A stretch of DNA of 64,000 bases from Octopus bimaculoides. Taxonomy: Eukaryota. The stretch is taken from contig NC_068993.1 of NCBI RefSeq assembly GCF_001194135.2, positions 355,530 to 419,529 of the forward strand, written 5' to 3'. Positions 1-13,010 of the stretch are shown one piece after another. The notes below the pieces were generated by a model that was not told the DNA's origin, searched no databases, and worked only from the letters and a program-made list of their open reading frames with translations. A program made the position numbers and the translations under genes. Position 1 is the stretch's first letter; every line of letters starts with the position of its first letter.

Positions 1-8
1 ATACTTAC

Positions 9-112
9 TTATTTAATTTTGGTGAACCTTTAAGCTCTTCAAAACTAAGATATATTTTATCGAGGGATTGGTTATTTGGATGTTCTGAGTCCTCCAAAGC
101 TGCACCTGCCAA
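9..112 (-). CDS. PAIP1: PAIP1 exon 7 (LAGAALEDSEHPNNQSLDKIYLSFEELKGSPKLN); gene continues beyond the window edge
   Basis: Acceptor ttattgcAG, donor AA|GTAAGT at 8, 104 nt, phase 0 to 2. LAGAALED corresponds to PAIP1 LTGSVLED. Confidence 0.9.
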
Positions 113-725
113 CTGCAATAATTCAATTTCATCACATTGGAAATCAATAAACAATCAATCAGTAAGTAATGTTGTCAGATCAATATTACAATAGATTTGT
201 GTGTGTGAATATATAAACACATGATGATGATGATTCCTGATGTTATTTTCAACACTATACAAAACAGATTCTGAAAACTGATAAAGACAAATATGTTTGA
301 ATAAAATGTTTGGAAGTTCAATATATTTTGATTTTTAAAAATTTTAGATGACATTTGATGAACAATGGAGCTATGGGTGTCAGCTACTGAAAGATTAATC
401 ACAAGTTTATCTATTTATCATACAGCCTTATTTAATATTTCTGATAGCAAAATGAGCAATGGATTGTCTCTAAAACTCAAATTAGTCTTAGTTTTTTTTC
501 ATATATTATCATCATCATCATTTAACATTCCTTTTTCCCTGTGACAAGAGCTGAAAGACTGGTAGAGTGAACGTAAATAAACCAGCAGAGGGCAACGGGA
601 AACAACTGCTGTGGCCAAGAAAAACCATAAATCTTAAGACTTTGGCATAACAGTCCATGTTAAAGCAGAGAGAGAGAGTGGAGGAGAATCTAAAGAAGTT
701 AAAACAGTGAATTAAGTTTGTTTAC

Positions 726-848
726 CTTCATCAAGTGTGCCGCACATTTCACTGTTTCATCACCGCTATGTTTCAGAAGAAGTTCCAGTAAAGAATAGAT
801 GGCATTTCTCAATACGTTTAGTTTTTCCTTCACACCATCAGTCTCAAG
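726..848 (-). CDS. PAIP1: PAIP1 exon 6 (LETDGVKEKLNVLRNAIYSLLELLLKHSGDETVKCAAHLMK)
   Basis: Acceptor aacttttAG, donor AAG|GTAAAC, 123 nt, phase 0 to 0. Corresponds to ...LRELLNALFSNPMDDNLICAVKLLK. Confidence 0.9.
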
Positions 849-1605
849 CTAAAAGTTAGTAGAAAACATCAATTACATAATTATATTCAAACATAACTAG
901 AAAACAGTTCCTATTTCTATTTTATATATACAGTGCAGGACAGCCATGTATCTCCCCTTTTCACCAACAAACCTGTTCTTCTCCTAAAAATGGCTCCCTC
1001 TTTACAATACTTGCACTAAGTCAAGGGAACCGTTTTAAAGTACTGCAAGTTACATAGGGACCTCACTTGTTTTGGTGCCACACAAAAAGTACCCCAGGAA
1101 CACATTGTAAAGTGGTCGGTATTAGGGTTAGGGTATCCAGCTGTAGAAACCATACCAAAGTAGGTACTGAAGTTCAACACAGCCCCTCCAACTGTCCAAA
1201 CCATACCAGTATCATCATCCTCATTTAATGTCTATGTTTAATACTGACCAAGGTTGGATAGTTTGACAAGGATCCAGTCTGTCCGAGGACTGCATTGTGC
1301 TGCAACGTCTGCTTTGGCATCGTTTCTACAGTCAGACATTCTTAACACCAACTACTTGACAGTGTGTACTGGGTTTGTCTGTTATATTGCAACAAAGATA
1401 TAATTTGGGCAAAATCAAACACCAAAATTGTAAAGGCTAATATTTTCACAATGTTTTCTATAACTAAATCAGATTATTTCCACAGATACTATCTCAAATA
1501 TTATATTCTTCTAAATTTATATATACAATTATATTCTTCTAAATTTAATATCTAAAATGTTATTTATCAACATTTAATGCAATTTTAAAATGTTTTAAGT
1601 CATAC

Positions 1606-1714
1606 CTCCAGTAACAAGAAAAGTTCTGCAATAAATAAGGACATTCTACAAAACCTTGGGATTGTTGCTGCCGATGATATTAATTCTGTTCTTAGGTTAT
1701 ATGCTTTCTCACAA
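1606..1714 (-). CDS. PAIP1: PAIP1 exon 5 (CEKAYNLRTELISSAATIPRFCRMSLFIAELFLLLE)
   Basis: Acceptor ttattctttcAG, donor GAG|GTATGA, 109 nt, phase 2 to 0. Corresponds to CRTEYE...RFHAFVLFLGELYLNLE. Confidence 0.9.
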
Positions 1715-3409
1715 CTGAAAGAATAAAAAAACATTGAAGGATTAAATATCAAATAAACTGTTGCTTAGTCGCTCGATGATCAGCCACGACAATTTCATTA
1801 GAAATATCATCAATTATGCAAATATGATGCCACTTAATGGTGTGCAACTAATTAATTGCTCATCAATGTGATAATGATCATATACTTAGTCAATCTACTA
1901 GGAATCCAAGAGACCTTTCAGTGACAGATAAATAAAAACTTTGGAGCCAGAATGTTAAAGAAGCTAATGAGACAAAATGTGACAATGACATCAACAACAA
2001 AAATAACACGAGATGGGGAAACGAGAGAATTTAAGGAGTGAACAGCAATCTGTGCAAATGTTATGGAATAACGAGATTGAGATTAGTTGTGGATATAAAT
2101 GATATAACATGATTAGTTAGAGATATAAAGACTAAAGAAGAAAAGATATCACTCAAAGAAGAATCATTCTGAACGAAACATTTTCATTCCATATGAATAG
2201 AGTCAACAAGTAACCTTTGTTCAGCATAAGCTTATGGTGGTGGGGAATAATTATTAAAAAGAGGTTTATTGTAAAGTATGAATGCAATAAAACATATATA
2301 GCAACTTGAATGGCGAGGATGAACGACCTGTGATATTACGACAGACCACTAGTTGTCTTTGGTCTCGGATAAGTCCCAGGAGAAGCGACCATTTGTGCTG
2401 ATGTCTGATGCAAGTGACATCTAAGCAGCTGAAAAGTTGCTGGGAAATGAAATTTTGTTCCCAAACTGAGACTAGAAGCCAGATAGAGTGTCTCTAGCTG
2501 TAATTGTCAAAGCTGGAGATAATATTGACTGGAGTCAGGGAGAAAATATTTAGAAAATAACAAACCAACAAACTGCCAAGTAGAATCTTGTTTATATTGT
2601 CATGTTAGATCAACAAGGATTATCTTAAGCCATGCTAAAGTAAAAGACCTATCAAGCCAGGTGAAATTGTAGTCGTGACAGATACTGGTGTCACGCAACT
2701 GGCAATCAAACTGGTGGCACATAAAAGCACCCATTATACTCTTGGAATGGATGGCATGTTAGAAAGGGCATCCAGCCATAGAGATTGGAGTCTAGTGCAG
2801 CCCCTCAGTTTACCAGTACTGGTCAAACTGTCCAACCCATACCAGCATAGACAATGGACGTTAAATGATGAGGATTCAGGAAATAAACAGGCATCAACCT
2901 ATTAAAACCAACGACATATCATCAATCATTAAGTCTTTCAAAACATTCAAAACATGACGAAACTTATTGCTAAGTTTAAGTAAAAATAAGAAGAAAAGGT
3001 CTTTGAAAGTAATAAAACCAGTTGTGATATTCTGATGGGTTTTATGCAGTTTCTTTGTCATTAATCACAACAAATACCCTTCAAAATGATCAAACCTGCT
3101 GGGTTCGCAACTCACTCTACTCTCTCTCTTCTTTCTACTCATCTCTTGCTATCAATGTCATTCCCAAGTCTAAAACCAACATACAAGGTGCATTCCAGAA
3201 GCCTTGAGACTTTTGTTTTTTTAGGAGAGGCAACTACATCTGTCTTAGATTATTGGAATTTCAGTATATATTGATTACGACATCTAATAAGCTGACTTGC
3301 CACTTTTTTTTTTTAAATTCCAGATTGAAGGAGACAACTGTAACAACACTTTGAACATGCACTACTAAACATTGCAGTTGATTAGTTTGTAGAATGCAAT
3401 TGGGACATG

Positions 3410-3595
3410 AAGACAGTTTGGAAGTTCAGCAATGCAATGAAGTTTTGGGTTTAACTGGGCAGAAATGGCAAAGAAACTTATGAAATGCTCCAAACTGGTC
3501 ATGGATTAACTTGCATGATACCAGCATGTGTTTTTTTTGCTAGCACAAGAGATTCAAGGACAATAAAAAGGAGGTGAAAATGATGAGGTGTGTGT
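3410..3595 (+). mobile_element. Degenerate mariner transposase N-terminal fragment
   Basis: Translates as KFWV*LGRNGKETYEMLQTGHG..CM..ACVF..HKRFKD, the mariner HTH region, with stops and frameshifts. Confidence 0.7.
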
Positions 3596-4379
3596 GGGGA
3601 GAGAGAGATAGATACTACAAGAATCTTACAAATTCTTGCCATACAAAATTATTCATACTTATTTCTATAATTTTTATCAATCCACCAAAACATAATTTTG
3701 CAAAATCTCACCATCAACACACTCTTCATTTGGAAAATAGTTAGTTTTGTTTGTTTTTTTTTTGTTTTTTTTTTGTGGAAATCCATTTTGTGAGTTTGTA
3801 ACGTTTTTACGAATTTAATCCAGAGGCAGGGGCTATACTTATGGCCTTTGTAGGTCCTCCAAAACCAATGAGATCAATGTAGTTAATGGCTTTCTTCAAC
3901 AACTCCAGGAAAAAATATGTGCCAAGAGGAAATCCAAGGAAAACATTTTGAGTCAGAATTGTGGAACTAAGCGGGCAAGTACTTAAACTGCATGCTACAG
4001 TTGAATTATTTCACTGTTCAGTGAAAATAGCTTATTACACTACAAAGTCAAACTCACTGTACATTGCTGTGCAAATATAAATTGCAACCAAATTTATGCA
4101 ACTTGTATTTATTTAAAAATATATAATAAAATTATATTTTACTTTTTTTTTTCTGAAACATTTTATCTCTCTTACTCACTCTATATAATGCAAATAGAAA
4201 AGATCCAGTAGGTTTTCTGAGCCAGGACTGTGATAGATAATATGAGAATGGTTAAGTGTAGGAACAGCCATGCAATACTCTGACATTTCACTAGATCTAC
4301 CTGTAGTTTGTTATTTAGATGATGTGATGAATGTAGTGAAAGCAGAGTTGCTAAAGTAAGGAAGGGATTGACTAGTTCT

Positions 4380-4770
4380 TGCTTATGCTGGCAGAGTGTG
4401 TGAAGTGAAAATAGAAAGTATGATAGTCCATGGTAATGAGAGCTACTGCATGTAAAAGGTTTGAAGATGAAGAGAAATGAAATGTGAAGCATGATGTGAT
4501 GGATGTGGAAGTGAAGCTACATGAAAGACTTGGCACTGTGAACGAGTGTAAAGGTGAATATTAAACACATCAGTTGAAGTTGTACACTGAGGAGACAAGC
4601 CTGCTAGTATGGACATGAAATGTAAGTTGTTGAAAGAGTATTGGATAAAGAAGTGCTATGTGATGTTGGTGGAGCTTATCTAAGGATTTAGTTAGAAGAA
4701 AAAGCAGTCGAGTTAACTTATTAAGACGTTAGGCCTCACAGAAGCGAAAACTGAAGTCAAAGATACCATA
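4380..4770 (+). mobile_element. Old RTE-clade LINE C-terminal fragment
   Basis: Ends with TTAAGACGTTAGGCCTCACAGAAGCG (LRTLGLTEA-like), homologous to the RTE copies at 17966-18120 and 44160-44420. Confidence 0.5.
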
Positions 4771-4811
4771 TGTGTCTATACACACACACAATCATATAAA
4801 AAAAAAAAAAT

Positions 4812-5150
4812 GGCACTGCTGGTTACAAGAACAAGGGTGTTCTAGTTGATCCGATCAATGGATCAGCCTCCTCGTGAAATTAATGTGCAAGTTGCTGAAC
4901 CCTCCCCAAACATGTGTACTCTTAAGAGTACACATATTTGCAGAGCGTTCAGGGAGATTCAGTGTGACACAGAATGTGATAAGGCTGACCCGTTGAATTA
5001 CAGGTACACCTCATTTTTGCCAGCAAAGTGGGCTGGATCAATGTGAAATGAAGTGTCTTGCTCAAGGACACAATGTGCCACCAGGAATTAAACTCACAAC
5101 CTTACGATCAGGAGCCAAACTCCCTAAACACTAAGCCATGCACCTTCACA
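4812..5150 (-). mobile_element. tRNA-derived SINE (family also at about 55635-55830, + strand)
   Basis: B-box-like GTTTAATTCC and core TGTGTCCTTGAGCAAGACACTTCATTTCAC shared with the 55635 copy. Confidence 0.6.
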
Positions 5151-5769
5151 CACAATCATCTATGCCTCAGATGATTGTTATGTCTGGGATAGTAAAATTT
5201 TACAAGATCTTCACAAAATATAAAAAGTTAATTTGTGTGTGGAGAAAGTAGGACAGGGGTTAATTATCTAAATTCTTGCTAACATCTTCAACATCAGGCA
5301 GTTGGCTGCTCAACTACAGATTCTAGAAGACAGTTGTACATGATTACATGTTAGGGAGACATGGGTCAGTGAATGTAAAAAACACCGAAGAGAAAGGAGT
5401 TGGCAATTATCTATTGAAATGCTAATTTGTATGGAAATTAAAACTAATAAAGGTTGTTAAAGGTATTGATGTTTATAGCAGAGAGATGAGCGTAGTTGTG
5501 TGGAGATGTGAAGAATTAGAAGAGAGTTGATGGTCCAGAAAATTAAGAGCAAAAGAAGAAAACTAAAGTAGAAAGAAATGGTGAGAACAGATGTCAGGTT
5601 GATGAGTTCCAACAGAAGAGGATTTAAAAGGAGTGAAGACCTGACAATGCCAGCATGATGATATAACAGCTATTGAAATTATGATGATGATGATAGTGGT
5701 GATGACAATGACCATGATGATAGTGATGATATTGACCAGAAAATAAGAATGTGGGCTCAGGCTTCCCAG

Positions 5770-6540
5770 TTAGCTGTTTGCTTGAGGTGAATATCGTTTG
5801 TGAAACAATGCAAGAAGAGAAGGAGAACATCTACATTGCAACTCCAGAACCCAAAATACACAATTAGCTGAATCATCCAAAGAATTATTGGAGCAACAAG
5901 CTATGTACCGACCCACCTGCAACAAAACATGGTTGAACTTTGGTTCTTGGAAAGAGAGCACAACTTCATAATTCACAAACTTCAAACAAGTACCATGGCT
6001 GGAATGATAAAGATCCGCAAAACCTTTGTGAGATTTAATGGGTGAACGGTTATGGAGAGTGAAGAGCAAAAGACACTCCTACCCTGTACAGGTATTGTTT
6101 TCTTCTCATAAATCCCTATCAGACACTCAGCAAGGAAACACAAGTCCAGCATACAAAACTATGCAAAGCTTCTTCTTCTTGTTGCTGTTGTCTGTGCCGT
6201 TGTTGCACAATGGTTGGTACACGTTTCCTCCAATTGCAGTCCAACATATTTTAGTATATCTGGAGATTCGTGTGGTGGCTGCAGTGGAGATCAGTAGAGT
6301 GGAGTTGGCTGAAGAATGGTAGATTCCTACACGAGATACCCACCCCAAAGCTAAAGAAATGTAGATATCAAAACTCACCGCACAGTCATGCAACAACAAA
6401 CAAATATCCACAAGATGCAACTTAAATGACAGCAATCGTTTCATTTTTACCAAATGAGGAGGTAAGGGACCTCATGGCAGTTGATAATTGAGCAGGAGCT
6501 AGACCTTGGACAGCATCTGACACTAGAAAGAAGCTAGATG
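5770..6540 (-). mobile_element. Highly degenerate CR1/L2-like LINE reverse transcriptase C-terminal fragment
   Basis: Frame-shifted peptides ESPDILKYVGLQL..., LCIVLYAGLVFPC resemble post-RT motifs (ESPSLKLLGL..., LLILYKAQVRP). All three frames are interrupted. Confidence 0.4.
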
Positions 6541-6646
6541 CTATACTGCAATCTCAAGGATTAAATAATGTATATATATATATATATATATATGTTGTGT
6601 GTGTGTGTGCACTTCATATAATAGTAAATGCTTTTAAAATACTTAC

Positions 6647-6756
6647 CGCTTAATTAAACAATCTTGAAAACTCTTGGCAAGTGACTTATCTGATATCGAT
6701 GAAATGTATTTACATATTCTTGCTCCAGTGTAAGCAAAATTTTCCATTTTTACAGA
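6647..6756 (-). CDS. PAIP1: PAIP1 exon 4 (SVKMENFAYTGARICKYISSISDKSLAKSFQDCLIKR)
   Basis: Pyrimidine-rich acceptor, donor CG|GTAAGT, 110 nt, phase 0 to 2. NFAYTGARICKY corresponds to PAIP1 NFSYMGARLCNY. Confidence 0.93.
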
Positions 6757-7404
6757 CTACATAAATAAGAAAGAAAGAAAAGAGAAAAATAGACTGACAA
6801 TCAAACTGAACAGAATGATTTTTGTCACAAGTGAAAAAAAAAAAAGTACTTCTGTTACTCCTTTTGTTGCACATTACATATTTTCTTTAAAAAAAAAAAA
6901 AAATTAAATTCATATCAGAAGAGTCGCACTTGTCAGAGTTCCATTTATGGGTCCAATAGAGTTTTGTAAGGGGTGATTGTGCTCCTTAGCTGCAGCAAAA
7001 GCAATCAGTCTAGGAGAAAGAAAACTCCAAAGTCAATTCCCTCTTCCAACATGTTCTGAGTACGACCCATAAAACTGACATGAGGTATCCCATGCTGGTG
7101 TGCATTCTGTCAAAGGAAGAGATAGCAGGAAATGGTGCACACACACACACACAAAGTTCATTGTTGTGTGTGTGTGTGTGTGTGTGTGCCACCTTCAAAG
7201 TACCAAGTATACTCTGTGGAGTGGTTGGCATTAGGAAAAGCATCCAAATGCAGAAATCAAGCTGAAACAGACAATAAGCTTATATGGATTGTTGAGTGTG
7301 CTCAGCTTGTCATAGACTTTCCAAGATCTCACAGACCTGCTGTCTTTTGCACAATATTCTTGCTTACAATGTGGCCAGCTCCCATTAAACAAAGCAACAC
7401 TTAC

Positions 7405-7635
7405 CTTCTCAAAAATTGTTTCTGCCATTTCAGCCAAGCTGTTTTCTGTGATGTGTGTTGTGTATAAGGCCTCAGTTACTGGCCTCATATAGTCATCAAT
7501 GTTTCCTGGATGTGTTGTTAGATAATAGAGAGCTACTTCAAGTAAACAATGTGGACAATTTTTTTCTCTTTCCGATAGACTGAAATGAGCAGTACATGCT
7601 GGCAAACGATCGAATATACTGTAGTGAAATATTGC
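7405..7635 (-). CDS. PAIP1: PAIP1 exon 3, start of MIF4G (AIFHYSIFDR...YYLTTHPGNIDDY...LAEMAETIFEK)
   Basis: Acceptor ttcaacAG, donor AAG|GTAAGT, 231 nt, phase 0 to 0. Aligns by eye with human PAIP1 FLNHLTEQPGSFE...LQELVELIYQQ. Confidence 0.9.
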
Positions 7636-8769
7636 CTGTTGAAATGGATATTGAAATGTGTTAATTAGTCATGAAATGTGATAGATTATAGAAATTTAAA
7701 ATATATATTCAGAAAATGTGATCACAATTTCTGAGAAAGATAAACCATACATATACATACAGGTGTGTGTGTGTGTCCAGTCATTTATGAACAGTATACA
7801 ACATGAAAAGAATTCAAAATGATTTTCTATTTCCACTGACAGTTGTGTTATTCTGAATGTTTATTTCATTTTATAGAGACAGCGATAGCAAACAATTATA
7901 CACACATAAGTATATTGAGTTCAAACACCAGATTATTAGTATTGCTATGCCTAAGCAAAACAATACATTGATTGATTTGATTGATTGACAATGTGTCTAG
8001 AGAGAGTAAATTTTAAGATGTTCAATGTTTCAAAACTTTTAGAGAAGGAAGTAAACATTTTTAGAAGGCTGAGTAACTGTTGAAAATTACTTTATGTTCT
8101 GCTTCATTAAAATTACTTCATTCTCTGATATACTCAAATTATAATTCCCCAAGATTAATCTGGAATGAACTTTTATTTGCTTCATAAAATAGTGTTCAAC
8201 CATAAAGTTATACTTTAGTGAGACTAGATGCCACTTGGCAGAAAAATTAAACTGTGATTTCTTCTGCTTAGATAAGACTAAGACAAATTAAACAATTGGC
8301 AAAGGAAGTAGAAGGAAATTAGGTTTCAGCAGAGAGGAGCAAAGCAATGTCCTTATAAAAACATGGCATAAAAATATTCTGAATATAAAGACACATTCAG
8401 ATGTAAAAATATCCAAAAGACAAATTTGTCTTATATAAATTTAATAATGGTAATTCTTCTGGTCAGAATCACAACTACTCACATCATATGTTAATGTTTT
8501 TCTTGGATAAAACTCTGAGGCGTTTGGAGAGAGAACACTGTTACAATTCAATATATTGTTTACAGTTTCCTGAAATGATGAAAATTTTTTTTATTTAGAA
8601 ATACATTTAAACTTTTAACAAGAATTTATATTTCATTCCATACGTGATAATTATACTTCTATATGACAAAAAAGTGTCAACATACATAACAATAAGGGTT
8701 TTCAGAGAAATTCAGAGTAAAGTAAGGGTTAGCCTCACACTCCCACTCTCTTGCCCTCTCCCATCACTA

Positions 8770-9135
8770 GGCGGTATGCTGTGCTTGTGAAGACCTGCCG
8801 AACTGAGTGAAATCGTAGTTGTGGCCGATGCCAGTGTTGTCTGACTGGCACACCAAAAGCACCGTTTGTGCATTGGACGTCACGGTGGCAGTGACATCAA
8901 GCTGAACGAGATCAGTCATGGCCGATGCCAGTGTTGTGCAACTGGCTCGTTAAAAGCACTCTTCAATCGTTGATCAATATGCTGCACTTGTGAAAACCTG
9001 TTGAACCAAGTGAAATCGTAGTTGTGGCTGATACCAGTGCCAGCTGACTGGCACCTGTGCTGATGGCACCATTCGAGTGTTGGGCCTCATGGAGGCAGTG
9101 ACAGGTGACCAAGACCCTTGGCAATATACTGTGGG
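8770..9135 (+). mobile_element. RTE 3' UTR fragment with tandem GCCAGT..ACTGGC subrepeats
   Basis: Three or four degenerate units of TGAAATCGTAGTTGTGGCCGATGCCAGTG...GACTGGC, same family as 24460-25010. Confidence 0.65.
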
Positions 9136-9378
9136 TATGTAACAAGAGGGTATGTACCAGATCAAGTAGTCCTAGATTTGTCTGAGGGAATAAAGGGGAT
9201 AGTCATGACTGGAATGTCTTTGAGCTGACCTGGGGCTAGATAAAATCTCTTCAAAAGAGTACCAACGTATAATATTTAACTCTTTAAAAAATCATGAAGA
9301 TAAATAGGTTTGAAAAATATAAAATAATAGTTTAATATGATAATTAAAACAAAAAACAAAATGCTTGTAAAAACTTAC

Positions 9379-9458
9379 ATCGACTGCACATTCAGGGACA
9401 AATTCTGTTGCATTACAATCTAAACTGCTATTATTGCCAGTTGAGTCTATGTTTGATT
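9379..9458 (-). CDS. PAIP1: PAIP1 exon 2 carrying the PAM2 motif (ESNIDSTGNNSSLDCNATEFVPECAVD)
   Basis: Acceptor tttctttcttAG, donor GAT|GTAAGT, 80 nt, phase 1 to 0. SSLDCNATEFVP fits the PAM2 consensus SxLxxxAxEFxP. Confidence 0.9.
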
Positions 9459-10177
9459 CTAAGAAAGAAAAAAAAACAGAGAGAAAGACAGTATGAGATA
9501 CATAGAATACCAGAAAGGGTTAATGAAAATAGTGAGAAAGACACTTAATAACTGGGGATTCATGGTAGCAATGTAGAGAAACGGGGACCAATTCTATGTG
9601 GCAAAAAGAAAGTTGTAGATGCTAAATGAGCTTTTTTTAGAAGGTTATAAAATATTTGTTTCGATTAAGCGGATTCGATAATCTGAGAATATTCAAGAAA
9701 ATAAAGATAAAAAAAACAACTCACAGCAAATAATCCTATCGTTTGTTTGTTCCTTTAACATCCGAATTTCCTTTCTTGCCTGGCTAAGAAGGGAGATAAC
9801 TAAGATAGGAACCACCACCTTGTCAATCAAGTAAATGGGTTTTTTTGTTTTGTTTTTTTTCCTCAGAAAATTGAGTGGATAAACACAGCAAAGGATTTCT
9901 TGACAGAAAAAAAAAAAAATCACAAACACCACTGATTGCAGCCACAAACAGTGATGTCACTATCTGAAAACAATGCTCAGTGTGTAAACATTCGTAGTCA
10001 CAAATACATACATACACACATTTTCTGTAAACCAAATTCCCTCACAAGGCATTGGTCAGCCTAGGACTAAGATGCTGGACAGTGAGGGAGATCCCAAAGA
10101 TAAGCATTCCAGAAGCAAACTGAAACACACAACCATGCCAGCACCTATATCTATATACACACATACAACATATATAT

Positions 10178-10340
10178 NNNNNNNNNNNNNNNNNNNNNNN
10201 NNNNNNNNNNNNNNNNNNNNNNNNNNNNNNNNNNNNNNNNNNNNNNNNNNNNNNNNNNNNNNNNNNNNNNNNNNNNNNNNNNNNNNNNNNNNNNNNNNNN
10301 NNNNNNNNNNNNNNNNNNNNNNNNNNNNNNNNNNNNNNNN
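10178..10340. other. Assembly gap (other gaps at 10854-10953, 16513-16721, 38547-38584, 49214-49290)
   Basis: Runs of N, mostly flanked by (AT)n, typical of a short-read scaffold. Confidence 0.99.
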
Positions 10341-11389
10341 TATATATATATATATATATTATCTATCTTTCTCTCTATCTGTTTGTACATTGACTGCTGA
10401 GAACACTAAATAAAACTGATAATATTTCAGGTTTATCATGTCATTTAAATTAATTTGATCATTCTGCAGATAACTGTGCACTTATTTTCCGAAAACAGAT
10501 TTGAAGGGAGGGCTAAGTTGGTTGTGTATTGGTGGCTTTTTTTTAGCAATCCACGTAACATCTATTTCACTGTAATGCTTTTTACAGGATGAAAAAATAC
10601 GTGAGGCAGATACAAAAAGAGTGAGGGAGAAAAAAGTGAGACAAGGGGTGGGGGGAGAACTCAGAAGAAAGACATCATTATCATCATGAATATCATCATT
10701 ATATATCATCATGTATATCATCATATATATCATCATGTATATAAGAGAGTATTGTAGTTTGCTTGAAACATTGTGGATTGTTTGTAAAGAATAAAAAACT
10801 TCTTATTCTTTACATAATGTGTGTGTATATACATACATATATATATAATGTATNNNNNNNNNNNNNNNNNNNNNNNNNNNNNNNNNNNNNNNNNNNNNNN
10901 NNNNNNNNNNNNNNNNNNNNNNNNNNNNNNNNNNNNNNNNNNNNNNNNNNNNNCCCAATCCTGTCCTCTTGGCCCTGTCCCACTGTATCATTGCTCTCCG
11001 CTAGCCCCCTGACCTGAGTGTTCTACCCACACACCCCGCCTCACTGTATCATTGCTATCGTCTAGCCCCCCGACCTGTGCGCTCCGCCCATACGTAACAA
11101 GAAAACTTTTCACACACCCTAACCCCAACAAACCAATCTAAATCTCTTTTTTTCTCCACATTTCCTCCTTCGTCCGTTATGCCTACCTCTCACTTCCCAA
11201 TCCTGTCCTCATGGCCCTGTTCCTCTCTATCATTGCTACAGGTAACCATGTACTTCCTTTACAACAACACACCTGTCTCTGCCTCTCTGTCTCACTATAT
11301 AACATTTCATCATCTGACACAAGACCACCTCCTCCAATGTCCCTTCTCCTCTCAAAAGATTTTTATCTTGCAGGTTACTTGATAACCCT

Positions 11390-11655
11390 GTCAGTGCATC
11401 TGGTCCACTCTGCAAAGTGGTTGCCATTTGGAAGGGTTCCCAGCTGTAATAAGCTTGCCAAAACTGACCTCACTTGCGCTTGTGCCGCATAAAAAGCACT
11501 CAGTCCACTCTGCTGAATGGTTGGTGTTAGGAAGGGCATCCAGCTGTAAAAATCCTGCCAAAACAATTGCAGAAGTCTGGTGCAGGCTCCTGCCCAACTG
11601 ACCCACTCATGCCAGCATGGAAGCTGGACGTCAAACAATGATGATGATGATATCA
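11390..11655 (+). mobile_element. RTE-family 3' terminal fragments ending in (GAT)n
   Basis: GTGGTTGG..TTAGGAAGGGCATCCAGC...CATGCCAGCATGGAA...(GAT)n tail, seen many times in the window. Confidence 0.7.
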
Positions 11656-12499
11656 TCATCTTCATCATCATTCTTTAACATCGGTTTTCCTTACAAGCTG
11701 GCATGGGTTGGACAGTTTGCCAACCCATGCTGGCAAGCCAGAGAGCTGCATCAGGTTTCAGTGGCTGGAAGCCTTTCCTAATGCCAACCACTTTACATAT
11801 ATAATGTGTGAATATATATATTGTGTTTGTCTCCCCAACCCCCATCCACTTAACAACCAGTGTTGATTTGTTTGCCATAACTTTAGCAGTTTGATAGATT
11901 AAGTACCAAACTGAAAATGAAATAAAAATAGGTACTGGGGTTCATTCGTTTGGCCACACTTTTCAAGGTGGTACCCCAGGATGGCTGCAGTCGAATGATT
12001 GAAACAAATGAACTCATCATCAGCATTTAACATCCGTCTTCCATGCATGAATGGGTAGGACTGTTGAAAGAAGCTGGCCAGGTAGAAGACTACCTCAGGG
12101 GCTACTGGGTCTGTTTTACATATATATCAACCTAGTGATGCAGTGAGTGTAAATAAAAAACAATACAGAGTGGAGGAGTGTCTTTATTGATGATGCTAAC
12201 AATCAATACCAATCGACCAGTTGACCCTGTAAAGTGATTAATGAATGACAAAACAAAAAGGACTGTGAGCGATGACAAGATATGGCAGGAGCCTTCTTGT
12301 CCACACACACAAGAAACTTATACACAAATATACATGTAAACATCTATGTATGCATGTGCACTTCCACATCACATGTAGCTTATTTTATATCAATTTGTGA
12401 ACAATAGTGTGTGATACGTACCCACATGTCTGCATGCACATGTTTGCCTGTAGTCATCTATCAACATTTGACGGTGACCATTTTCTCTCTATCCACTGC

Positions 12500-13010
12500 A
12501 CCCCCCTCCCCAATTGTTGGCATACAGCTGTGGGCCTTTAGGATTTTAATGTATCGTTTGTCTGTGGCCCATATGTTGCACCCAAACTCAAACATGGCAA
12601 CACAGACAGCTCAGAAGATGAAGATTTTGGTATAGAGGCTGAGATGGTTATTTACAAAGACTGAGCCTTCCAGAGTCTTTGAAAATGATGCTGTCTAAGT
12701 ATCTGAATTGTGAAAGTGTGGTCAGTTGTTCCTGCTGTCGTCAAAAAGTGCAGTATGTTGTTGGACAGATGAACTCAGTTTCCTAGACATTAATTACCAA
12801 GCCCATTGCATCATAAACTGCAATAGCTACTGAGAGGATTCTTGCAGAGTTCCTGGAGTGTGAGCTACCAGAGCAGTTTGGGCCTGCAGCTTTCAGGGGT
12901 TGAAAAGATTCCCTTTCCATTCTTCTGTGTAGTGGAACAGAGGAGTAAGATATTAAACAATGCAGACACCATTGTCAGCCTTTAACTCTCATTTTACAAT
13001 GAAGACTATA
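12500..13010 (-). mobile_element. Degenerate RTE-clade RT fragment
   Basis: Translates as AVYDAMGLVINV*ETEF...QLTTLSQFRYLDSI, matching the RTE motif GLxINxxKTE...FxYLGS. Confidence 0.6.

Noticed and set aside
6300-6420. Integrase-like YHPQS motif on the + strand
   Set aside because: The match is weak and interrupted. The opposite strand fits a decayed LINE better.
7231-7404. C-terminal part of the 124-aa ORF (VSVALFNGSWPHCKQEY...) as coding, VPS9-like
   Set aside because: It lies beyond a perfect AAG|GTAAGT donor. PAIP1 homology continues at the 6756 exon instead.
10072-11017. ORFs spanning N runs (also 16459-16779, 38455-38707, 49179-49385)
   Set aside because: They are open only because N codons are not stops.
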